From the NCBI RefSeq assembly GCF_006345805.1, contig NW_021824599.1, forward strand, positions 1 to 17,898: 17,898 nucleotides of DNA. Reading direction: 5' to 3'. The DNA comes from Octopus sinensis. Taxonomy: Eukaryota. Below are positions 1-9,182 of the stretch, piece after piece (the first letter of the stretch is position 1; each line of letters starts with the position of its first letter). A program made the position numbers and the translations under genes. The notes under the pieces are model-generated. The model saw only the letters and a program-made list of their open reading frames with translations. It did no database searches and had not been told where the DNA came from.

Positions 1-295
1 TCAACTATTCAGTGATTGCCAATTAAAAGAAAATATCTGAAAAAGCAATTTCTTTATAAATAGATATATTTGCTGCTTACATAATTATTGGCTGATGAAA
101 ATTAACCCAATTAAAGACAAAAAGTTTCTATCGTTAATCTAAATTTTCAAACTGGATCTGATGTGTTTTTAATTTCATTTATGAGAAGAATATTTTTTTT
201 GTCTCAATACACACACTCATGACATAAAAAGGGGTAGAAAATATAGAAAGGATGGTTATGTTTGGAACGTTTTTCGATTATAGGTTTGTTTTATC

Positions 296-692
296 GAAGG
301 CGGCGAGCTGGCAGAAGCGTTAGCACGCCGGGCGAAATGCTTAGCGTTATTTCGTCTGCCGCTACGTTCTGAGTTCAAATTCCGCCGAGGTCGACTTTGC
401 CTTTCATCCTTTCGGGGTCGATTAAATACGTACCACTGGAGTCGATGTAATCGACTTAATCCGTTTGTCTGTCCTTGTTTGTCCTCTCTATGTTTAGCCC
501 CTTGTGGGTAGTAAAGAAATAGGTATTTCGTTTGCCATTATGTTCTGAGTTCAAATTCCGACGAGGTCGACTTATTCGGGGTCGATAAATTAAGTACCAG
601 TTACGCACTGGGGTCGATGTAATCGACTTAATACGTTTGTCTGTCCTTGGTTGTTCCCTATGTGTGTAGCCCCTTGTGGGCAGTAAAGAAAG
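296..692 (+). mobile_element. tRNA-derived SINE (family A), dimeric copy with 14-bp target-site duplication
   Basis: A-box-like TGGCAGAAGCG (309-319), B-box GTTCAAATTCC (373-383, again 549-559), central GTCGACTTTGCCTTTCATCCTTTCGGGGTCGAT domain and A-rich end. Body duplicated (~346-521, ~522-692). AGGTTTGTTTTATC at both 282-295 and 693-706. Related copies at 11764-11985 and 12370-12490. Confidence 0.9.
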
Positions 693-1129
693 AGGTTTGT
701 TTTATCAGGGATGGTATGATTTGAAAGAAAAAAAAAAGAACAAACTAACGCAAACGCTTTTACTTAGTTGTTCGACCGAAAAAAAAAATAAAAGCAAATT
801 TTCCCCAAATCACTCTGCATCGTTTTAAATAAGGTATATAAAAAAAAACTATAAATAATGTAGTCGCAGCTTGCCCCTCAATATAAAGGATATTTAGATC
901 TAGAATGTCTTTGATAATTGGTCCTATTCGATAAGAGCTGATTGATACAAGAAAAAAAAAACCCCAACAGCCACAAAACTTCGGTAACATCATCAAACTT
1001 GGAGTTATGTATTTCTTTAATATTATACCCCAATGACATTAAAAAATCATTTATTTCTCATAAATTTCTTTCATACAATATACATATATAAATATGAAAA
1101 ATATTTAATCCCTACTCCGACAAAATATA

Positions 1130-1705
1130 TATTCTCTCCGGCCAACGGCTTAACAGGCGAAACAGAATATTTTGTCAGACTAACGATTATAGATTAACTA
1201 TTTTGTATTCGCTCTGAAACTAATCTTCCAGTACTGGCTTGCAATGAGCTCACTCTCCTAGACTGCGCCTGTATCGTACTAACGTAGAATCTGCTCCGCA
1301 TGATAGCTCTGAATGCTGGTCACTTACGGCGGCCCAAAAGGGATCCCTAGAAGGCACATATACTCGACTAGTGCGCAAGGTCTTTAACATATGTTATCTT
1401 TTATGTCAACCATATATGTAACAAATCACTATATGGATCTTTACCGCCCATCAACCACACAATCAAACAAAAAGGGACAAAATTCGCAGGCTGGTGTTTT
1501 GGTCGAACAGATCAGTCCATAACTTCGAAAGGACGTCCAACTCTAGTGACCATGCCTGCAAGATATATGTCCATGAACTTATGCAGGACACAGGACTGTA
1601 TAGTGTCTAAAGGTTGGCATCGCAATGAAATCTCATGCGGCCACGAAGGAAATTTGCGCTCGACTCGAAGTCGACTTCCACGAGTGGTGTGCGTAGATTA
1701 AAGAA
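1130..1705 (+). mobile_element. Degenerate RTE-clade LINE 3' fragment
   Basis: Manual translation from 1260 gives RLRLYRTNVESAPHDSSECWSLTAAQKGSLEGTYTRLVRKVFNI, then HICNKSLYGSLPPINHTIKQKGTKFAGWCF, then GRP...YVHELMQDTGL. This matches the RTE ORF C-terminal pattern (LFRATVESVLLYGSETW..LDGTYTRMLR..TNKELYG.LP..FAGHC). Frameshifted; boundaries approximate. Confidence 0.75.
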
Positions 1706-1746
1706 CACACACTCACGCACACTCACACACACACACATACACACAC

Positions 1747-1802
<56 letters not shown>

Positions 1803-2096
1803 ACACACACACACATATATATATTATATATATATATATATATACATATAAATTTCGATGAGATGTATCAAAATCTTTTCTAAATAAATCTTTTAAAGTA
1901 TATGTATGTATGTATTTATGGTATATATGTATGTATCTATCTGTCTTTGTCTGTGTGTGTGTGAGTTTGTGCATGTGTGTGCGCGTGTGTGTGTGAGTTT
2001 GTGCGTGTGTACGTGTGAGTTTGTGCGTGTGTACATGTGCGTGTGTGTCTGTGTGTGTGTGTGTGTATGTGCGTGTGTGTGTGTATGTGTGTGCAT
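1706..2096. repeat. Compound microsatellite (CA)n-(TA)n ... (TATG)n-(TG)n
   Basis: Directly visible; source of the CVCV/HTHT ORFs. Confidence 0.95.
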
Positions 2097-2210
2097 GTCA
2101 GCGACATGAAGGTCAGAAAAGTAACCTTAAACAAATGTTAATATTAGAAAATCTTGAACTGTGAAAACAATTTGTTTGGATGTGAGCATTTCCAGGTGTA
2201 TCTTCAATAT

Positions 2211-2355
2211 ACGGGTTACACAGTCTCCATTTAACAAAGTCTTTTTACAGCTCGAAGCTATGATAGAAGACTATTTGTGGAAGTTGCCTCTAAGCTAGAT
2301 AGAACCGAGACGCTCCTAGTTATGAAGTCGTTTCCTTAACCACAACAGCATGCCT
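2211..2355 (-). mobile_element. Highly degenerate head/core fragment of SINE family B
   Basis: CGAAGCTATGATAGAAGAC...GAACCGAGAC...CTTAACCACAACAGC is collinear with 16710-16805 (CGAAGCTATAGCAGAAGAC...GAACCCGGAAC...CTTACCACACAGC). Confidence 0.5.
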
Positions 2356-2491
2356 TATAGGTGGATAAACTGATATATAGGTAGATGGATATTCCGATAG
2401 ATGGATTCATAAAAACTAGATAAGTTTCTTTATTGGCCACACAGAGATGCACACAGATGGGACAAATTACAAGGTAAAGCTTTGTGGGATG

Positions 2492-2805
2492 AAAAAAAAA
2501 AAAAAAAAAAAAACACAAAAAACAAAAGAAACAAAAGAAAGTGGCGTAGGTTTTCGATCAAAAGGGATCGTAAAAGGGGAAAAAGAAAAAAAAGGAAAAA
2601 GGAAAATAAAAATAAAAAAGGAAGAAAAAGAGGAAAAAAGGGGGGGGAGAGAAAAAAAGATAGATAGATAGACAGACAGATAGATAGATAAATAGATAGA
2701 TAGATAAGTAGATTGATAGACAGATAGATAAATAGATAGATATATAGATAGATAGACATACAGACAGATAAATAAATCGATAGATAGACAGACAGACATA
2801 TAGAC

Positions 2806-2885
<80 letters not shown>

Positions 2886-3012
2886 TAATAATAGATGGTA
2901 TATAGACAGATAGATAGACAGACAGATAAACAGACAGACTGATAGATAGATAAATAGATAGGTAGACAGACAGACAGGCAGGCAGACAGACAGACAGACA
3001 GATAGATAGACA
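2492..3012. repeat. Poly-A/purine tract followed by compound (GATA)n/(GACA)n/(TA)n microsatellite
   Basis: Directly visible. Confidence 0.95.
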
Positions 3013-3717
3013 CACCACAGAGAAATTTTAATCTATTGACAACGAGGATATAGGAAAGAATTATATGGCCATTCTATTTTTGAAATATGAAAACCAGATT
3101 CCCGAAAAAGTCCAATATAATTATTTAATTTTTGCAGATTTTGTTTTTCTTCTATCAATGCTCTTTGAACTTTGCTGATATTCATCTACCATATTTCTTA
3201 AACAGAAACGTCATAACACCTGTTATGACTGAAATACAGTAAAAACATAGAGTAGAAGATAAGTATTTATGAATGACGTGGGATGTTGGATTATTTATGT
3301 AGAAAGGATTCAGATCATAAAGGCCTGGGTTTTTATTTGCCTCGGAGCATATATAAAGGATTAGAAAATAAAATGAAATTTGTGTCGCTACCACCTGACA
3401 TTTGATTAATATAAAGCATGCATTCTGCCGATGCAAGGAAACAATAAACACTGTGTCACATTCGCTAACTTTTGCTATAAGAATTAACTGCAACGTTCGT
3501 TGTTTATAATTTTTGTTTAATTCTATTTTCAGTAGACTTAGAAAAATATGTGGATTTCCTTTTTTTTTTAAGTCTTTCTTTTTTATTATTATTTTTTTGG
3601 CTGTTGTCAATGGCAGAACCATCTTTCCATGTTTACTTTAAAATTAGCATCGAATTTCGGTTTGAGTTTTAGGATGCGAATTTATTTCAAATGCACAACA
3701 ATACACTCTAGGCACAG

Positions 3718-3803
3718 GTATACGCATATACATATGTATGTATGCGTGTGTATATATATAATAATATATATATATATATATATATAAATGTGTGTGTGTT
3801 GTG

Positions 3804-3836
<33 letters not shown>

Positions 3837-4012
3837 TGTGTGTCTGTGTCTGTGTGTCTGTGTCTGTGTTTGTGTCTGTGTGTGTATTTATATATACATA
3901 AATGAGATTGTGTGTACATGTTTGTGTTTGGATATACACACATATATATATACACACACACACACATAATTTACATGCATATAAACATTTTTGCATACAT
4001 ACATACATACAC
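3718..4012. repeat. Compound (TA)n/(TG)n/(TGTGTC)n/(CA)n/(CATA)n microsatellite
   Basis: Directly visible. Confidence 0.95.
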
Positions 4013-4019
4013 AAATACC

Positions 4020-4471
4020 TAACACTTGAGATGACTAACCAACGTTCCGCATGTCCGCCTGATAGTGATGTTTATCACTAGTTCTTGTTCTTCTTAGGTA
4101 GTTCTTCTTAGGAGAAGAGTACTCTGAAGTAAAATCTTTGGATCATTCGTTCAGCTCCCGATTGTTCCAACCAATCCTAAGCCACCTATAGAAGAACCTA
4201 ATGTACTTTGAAAATGAGTGAAGTTCTGTACTCATTTCTCTCATTATAATCAATTCCAGGCACAGGAACATGTTGGACTGTTATAATGCCCCCTTCGGCA
4301 TACAGTACACTTAGTAAAATCAGTAAAGGCACGACTATCTCTGACCGCCTACTACGTATACCTCTTTACTTGTAGTGACTAGGTTATTTCATTCGACACG
4401 TGTAGTTCTGTACTCCCTTCTCTCATTATAATCAATTCCAGGCACAGGAACATTATTAATATTCCCCTACA
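4020..4471 (-). repeat. Probable 3' LTR of the Gypsy element (left boundary uncertain)
   Basis: On the minus strand a polypurine tract AAAAGGGGGA (4484-4475) follows the integrase C-terminus and is followed after 3 nt by TGTAG (4471-4467), a typical LTR start. No partner 5' LTR seen. Confidence 0.5.
4222..4453. repeat. 50-bp direct repeat (4222-4271 and 4404-4453) within the putative LTR
   Basis: AGTTCTGTACTC(AT/CC)TTCTCTCATTATAATCAATTCCAGGCACAGGAACAT; 48/50 identical, offset 182 bp. Confidence 0.92.
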
Positions 4472-4536
4472 ATATCCCCCTTTTAAGTTTTTCTTAGGAA
4501 GTGTAATTTTATTTAACAATATTTTTTTTATTCACC

Positions 4537-5395
4537 TCAACTCCCCTTTTTGAATTTTGTTTTCGTACAATTCAGTATTTTTTGCACTGAACATTTATTT
4601 TCAAGAACTCTGTCTTTTCTTTTCCTCTCACCTATACGCCTGGGTTCCATCATCTGCAGTGGCGTTGGTACTTGGAACGTATCGTGGAACCATTCCATCA
4701 GCTCCTCCAGTTTCTTTGGTTCGCTTTCCACAAATCTCTCTTTCAGTTGGTTCCTGTGTCTCTTTTGTATGCATTTTCTGTTTTTTACCAATACATCATT
4801 TTACCTATGCATTTGGTAATTACGCCATCTTCCCAACTCTATTTTCTATTCTTGTATGCCCTCATATTCACCTTTTCACCAACTTTAAAGAATCTTGCTA
4901 TGTCTTCCCCGGCACTTTTTTCTTTTCTTGCCAACATCAGATCCGCTGGTGATTTACCTGCTGGTGTATTCGAATTTGGTGTCATACGATACATTCTTAA
5001 AAATTGTTGACTTCTATATTCGATTTTCTTGGGGTCCTCTTGAAGGTATCGACAAAAGGTTCTGCCTGTGCATTAGATCTGGGTTGGTATGGCGTAGTAG
5101 TTACATGTTCTACCGCAAACGCTTCACAAAATTTTAAAAATTCGCTAGACACAAATTGCGTTTCATTGTCAGAGACTATTTTGTCTGGGATGTCAAATCT
5201 TGCAAACAGTTCGTGTAAAAAAATCACAACTAAGGAGGTTGGTGTTTTACACTCGTAAATTTCTGGCTATTCCGAGCAACTATCAACTACCACTAAGCAG
5301 TAAGAACCATTTAAAGGACCAACGAAATCGATGTCTAGTCTCGACCACGGAACATCTACTTCTGAATAACGCTTACTTTTTATCGTGGGCAATTT
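4537..5395 (-). pseudogene. Gypsy DDE integrase core and C-terminal region, disrupted
   Basis: PWSRLDIDFVGPLNGSYCLVVVDSCSE*PEIY...FARFDIPDKIVSDNETQFVSSEF...TTPYQPRSNAQAEPFVDTFKR (D-D-E present), then FLRMYRMTPNSNTPAGKSPADLM and RHRNQLKER. Confidence 0.9.
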
Positions 5396-5434
5396 TCTAT
5401 TTCGTTTTGGCTTACATACATGTGTCCTACTCTG

Positions 5435-5878
5435 TTATACTGCAAATTTTTGTTTCAGTTCCTCAGTCGCATTCGAACCTTTGACGAAACCGACTATATT
5501 TCCACACAAAACACTTATGGACGTATCCCACAATTTGAATAGATTAAGTGAATCTTTTAATACATATATATTTGCCTTTTTCGTTAGACCTCGAAATGCT
5601 ACATTACATACGAATTCACCGAAAAAGTGTAGTCTTTTTCCCGCAACACCTGTGCTACTTTTTCCGACATATTTCCACGATTTTTCGTTTATAATGGTGA
5701 TATCACTACCAGTGTCCAACTGCATTTTAACACTTGTATTCTTGATTTTCACCTTCACAAATTTCCTCATCGTTATATTACCAACTTCTTGCGGTGGCAT
5801 ACTATTTATTCTTTTTCCTTTGGTCTGACGTTTTGTCACCTTCGTTCTACAGTGCGTCTCAGTCGAACCACAACATTC
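5435..5878 (-). pseudogene. Gag zinc-knuckle remnant plus retropepsin-type aspartic protease
   Basis: ORF 5435-5839 contains VKMQLDTGSDITII (DTG active site). Its in-frame upstream extension reads ECCGSTETHCRTK. Confidence 0.85.
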
Positions 5879-6596
5879 TACTACTTAGTAAATGAAGATC
5901 TTCTAATGTTCAAGTTGCGACACGTTAAGTCTTGTTTTATTTATTTTAGCTAACTTGATATTATCATACTGATAACAATGATATATAATACTGCTTATCC
6001 TGATTAACAATCTTGAATTTACTCAATTCATATCTAATCTCTTCCTTCTTAACATATCAAAAAACCGCCGAGAAAGAGAGGGAAAATATTTTGTAGATTT
6101 GCTGTGAAACCAGCTCTTGATATCGATTTATCAAGCTTTCATATATCAGAGCCTCTGGATGTGACAAGGTTATTGTAAACCCATCTCTGGGTGACTACAT
6201 TCGCCGCATCTATTTTGTACAAATGAATATTTAATGAACTTTTAATTATACAATCGACTTTATTTCAAATTAAATTTGCATAAAGTCAATGATAAAGTAA
6301 CTTCATCTTCTATAAATAAGGGAGCATCATCATCGATACACAACCAACTATCTCTTTCATTGCTAGAGCTGCACAATAAGTCAGAGTGAACGTCATTGTT
6401 CTGATACAAATAATAGATAATCCTTCACATTGTTTTCGTATTTCTCTTTCCTAACGTAGATTGGCGTCACTGAAAGGAGCGACTGTATTACGAGGTGCCG
6501 AAATTACTGTGATCTCTTCTCGATAGATGATGAAGGCGAACGAGTAGTACGTAAAATATGGAATATATGTGCGTGTACTGTGTGCGCTTGCGCTAA

Positions 6597-6882
<286 letters not shown>

Positions 6883-6926
6883 ACAAAGTGAAGTTGTAAG
6901 GTACCGCACGAGTGGAATTATATATG

Positions 6927-7066
6927 AAAGGTTTGAAAATGCAATTTTAAAAGATGTTTATTCACTTGACCGGTTTCACTTTTTTAGAAAAAGATTGTCA
7001 AAAGTAACATGTAAAAGCTTCGTTGTGTTAGGTACTGGTTGTCACAAAATATTACAATGCATATAC
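6927..7066 (-). mobile_element. Penelope-like pLTR fragment (left arm of inverted repeat with ~8980-9118)
   Basis: Reverse complement aligns with 8980-9118 over ~140 bp, e.g. AAGGTTTGAAAATGCAATTTTAAAAGATGTTTATT. Contains a hammerhead motif. Confidence 0.75.
6962..7007 (-). ncRNA. Minimal type-I hammerhead ribozyme, U3-A8 core variant, GUC site
   Basis: Minus strand reads TTACTT-TTGACAA-TCTTTTTCTAAAAAAGT-GAAA-CCGG-TC-AAGTGA. Stem I UUACUU/AAGUGA, stem II CUUUUU/AAAAAG, palindromic stem III ACCGGU. Confidence 0.7.
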
Positions 7067-7074
7067 CACCACCA

Positions 7075-8412
7075 TCAGCAGCACTCCCAATGGAGAACAT
7101 CAACAACCTTGGAATCAAAGAAGCAATAGCTGCAGGATTGTATTAAAACCCTCATAAACGACCAAAGAGCTGCAGAGACAGCCTGGGCTATTAAGAACAT
7201 CAAGAATAATTCTAAGATTTTTTTTATTCCTTTGCAAAAACACATAGGACCACTGTTTCCTCTATCGGCCCACTGGCTGACGGAAACGGCATCCTTCACA
7301 GTGAGGCCAAAGACATGGCTGAGATTCTGCAAAGTCAATACTGCTCTGTTTTCAATGACCCTGATTCAGTTGACTCAAGCAGCTTTGCTTCTTCAAATCC
7401 TCAGCATGTATTTCCGATATAAACTTCGATGCTACTGACATCCTAGCAGCAATAAAAGAAATCAAACCTGATTCAGCAGTGGGTCCAGACAGAAGGCAGA
7501 CAGCAACTTGTAGTTCCTCTTGCAAATTTCTGAAGGAAATCCCTGGATGCCGGTTTGATCCCTCAAAACCTTCTCTCCTAGTCAGTTGTTCCTATCTTTA
7601 AAAAAGGAATAAATCGCACCCTGTAAATTACCCTCCAATCTCACCTCACATATCATCAAAACATTTAAGAGAGTGTTGAGATCAAGAATAACAGCCTTCC
7701 TAGAGCAAAATCATCTTCTAAATTGCAACTGGCATGGCTTTCGTGGTGGTAGGACTGTCTAACACAGTTCCTTCACCACTTTGATGACATTTTAAACGCC
7801 GATGTCATATACCTTGATTTCAGCAAGGCCTTTGACAGAGTCGACTTCAAATACTGCTGCCCATTGTGGTCCCCCTAGAAAACAACTAGACTTAATGAGG
7901 ATCGAAGCGCCACAAAGATCAATCACCAAAAAAAAAAAAAAAACAATAAATGGCACGACGGGACTTGATTATTGGGCTCGACTTAAACAGCTGAAGCTCT
8001 ATTCTCTGCTCTATTCTCTGCAAAAATATTAAAATGTTAAAAATATTCCATCAATATTATCCAAATGATATTGGGGTTACGTTTACAATTCACCCAAGAC
8101 TAGATCCCCTTGCAATGCGTCTCCTACAAAGGTCGAGATCACATCACATAAAAACATTGCGATACAATTTCTTCACTGGAAATGGTCCTGTTCTTTTCAA
8201 TGTTATTCCGAAAGAAATTAAACTAGAGAAAGACCCCACAACTTTCAAACGGTACCTGGACAAATTCCTCCAGGAAATACCGTGTAAACCAACTACACCT
8301 GGATACAACGCTCTGCTTGAGTGGTCCATCGTGTTGCAAAATAATTAATTTAAAGACTTTTCCAGATAGTGCTATTGGCCTGGGCAGATAATGGCTGAAA
8401 CCAATCTAAGTT
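7075..8412 (+). mobile_element. CR1/L2-group LINE remnant (ORF2 RT N-terminal part fused to C-terminal domain, plus 3' UTR)
   Basis: Translates in pieces to KEIKPDSAVGPD, SVVPIFKKG, PVNYPPIS, HGFRGGR, DVIYLDFSKAFDRVD, YCCPLWSP, GLDYWARLKQLKLYSL and LFNVIPKEIK..TFKRYLDKFLQEIP. Many frameshifts and stops; YxDD region absent. Confidence 0.88.
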
Positions 8413-8505
8413 ATCCATCCACCCATCCATCCATTCATCAATCCATCCATCCATTCATCCATCCATCCATCCATCCATCCATCCATCCATCCATCCATCC
8501 ATCCA
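8413..8505. repeat. (ATCC)n microsatellite at LINE 3' end
   Basis: Directly visible. Confidence 0.95.
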
Positions 8506-8506
8506 T

Positions 8507-8700
8507 AAAGGATCCCTCTGTCCGGCATTCGCCATGATAGATCGCTAACCATTACACATTCTTTATTTTCTCTCCCTGTTTCTTTCTGTGTTCCTTTCTG
8601 TGGAAGAGCGTAGGCTCGAAACGTTAAAGACTTTTTCATTTCATTAAACTAATACATCTGTTTGTTGTCTACACTACCTGTCTTCGTCTTTTGTTTTTTT
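8507..8700 (+). mobile_element. Short Penelope pLTR-like repeat with hammerhead-like motif
   Basis: Pyrimidine-rich leader, hammerhead fold at 8594-8629. Its 3' part ACCTGTCTTCGTCTTTTGTT (8676-8695) recurs exactly at 17648-17667. Architecture parallels 16210-16420. Confidence 0.65.
8594..8629 (+). ncRNA. Minimal type-I hammerhead-like motif with A6U substitution
   Basis: CTTT-CTGTGGA-A-GAGC gtag GCTC-GAAA-CG-TT-AAAG. Stem I CUUU/AAAG, stem II 4 bp, ACGU palindrome, GUU site. Confidence 0.6.
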
Positions 8701-8715
8701 CTCCCTTTTCTCGCC

Positions 8716-9118
8716 TTTTATGTTCTTAACATGCTCTTGTCACCAAAAAATGTATATATATGTATTGTAGTACTCTGTGACAACCAATATTCTGTGCGTG
8801 TTTGAACATACAGTTACAATACCAATATCCCACTGAACTTTTTAATAATTCCTTCTGGAAACTATCTTTAACATGTTCTTGAGAATGATTATTTATGTTG
8901 AAATCTTTTGTGCCCAATATTTTAAGGAACTTGTTAAACTTTTTTATGTCCTTAACATGTCCTTGTTACCAAAGACTGTATATATGTAATGTAGCATTTT
9001 GTAACAACCAATAATTAACGCAACCAAACTTTTACATGTTACTTTTGACAATCTTTTTCCAAAGAGTGAAACCGGTAAAGTAAATAAACATCTTTTAAAA
9101 TTGCATTTTCAAACCTTC
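8716..9118 (+). mobile_element. Penelope-like pLTR region (right arm of inverted repeat) with internal partial tandem duplication
   Basis: 8980-9118 is the inverted copy of 6927-7066, and 8716-8790 resembles 8941-9015. Hammerhead near the 3' end; followed by (TA)n. Confidence 0.72.
9039..9083 (+). ncRNA. Minimal type-I hammerhead ribozyme, U3-A8 core variant, GUA site
   Basis: TTACTT-TTGACAA-TCTTTTTCCAAAGAGT-GAAA-CCGG-TA-AAGTAA. Perfect 6-bp stem I, stem II CUUUU/AAGAG, ACCGGU palindrome. Confidence 0.72.
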
Positions 9119-9123
9119 TTTCG

Positions 9124-9182
9124 TATATATATATATATAGATATATATATATAGATATATATATATATATATACATGTATAC
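9124..9182. repeat. (TA)n microsatellite
   Basis: Directly visible. Confidence 0.9.

Larger units (their letters stand above)
4475..5880 (-). mobile_element. Ty3/Gypsy LTR retrotransposon internal region (K02A2.6-like), deletion derivative lacking RT/RNase H
   Basis: Minus-strand order: zinc-knuckle remnant (ETHCRTK), aspartic protease, integrase, PPT. Contains stops and frameshifts. Confidence 0.9.

Noticed and set aside
92-118. CTGATGA followed by AATT-aaccc-AATT as a hammerhead
   Set aside because: No GAAA-NUH after the stem and no stem I.
296-390. tRNA gene
   Set aside because: A/B boxes belong to a SINE head; spacing is too long, there is no cloverleaf, and it is followed by SINE core and TSD.
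3205-3236. GAAACGTC-hairpin-CTGAAAT as a type-II hammerhead
   Set aside because: Core is CUGAAAU rather than CUGANGA, is out of register with stem I, and has no stem II.
3121-3242. Possible exon after the acceptor-like TTTTTGCAG (3137)
   Set aside because: Longest frame is 34 codons with no recognisable motif and no good donor; needs RNA-seq.
3182-3622. 146-aa minus-strand ORF
   Set aside because: AT-rich composition and no recognisable domain; likely a chance ORF.
4550-5828. Plus-strand ORFs over the Gypsy region
   Set aside because: Antisense shadows of the minus-strand pol remnants.
6462-6472. TGGCGTCACTG as an LTR primer-binding site
   Set aside because: Wrong strand for the Gypsy element and no adjacent LTR end identified.
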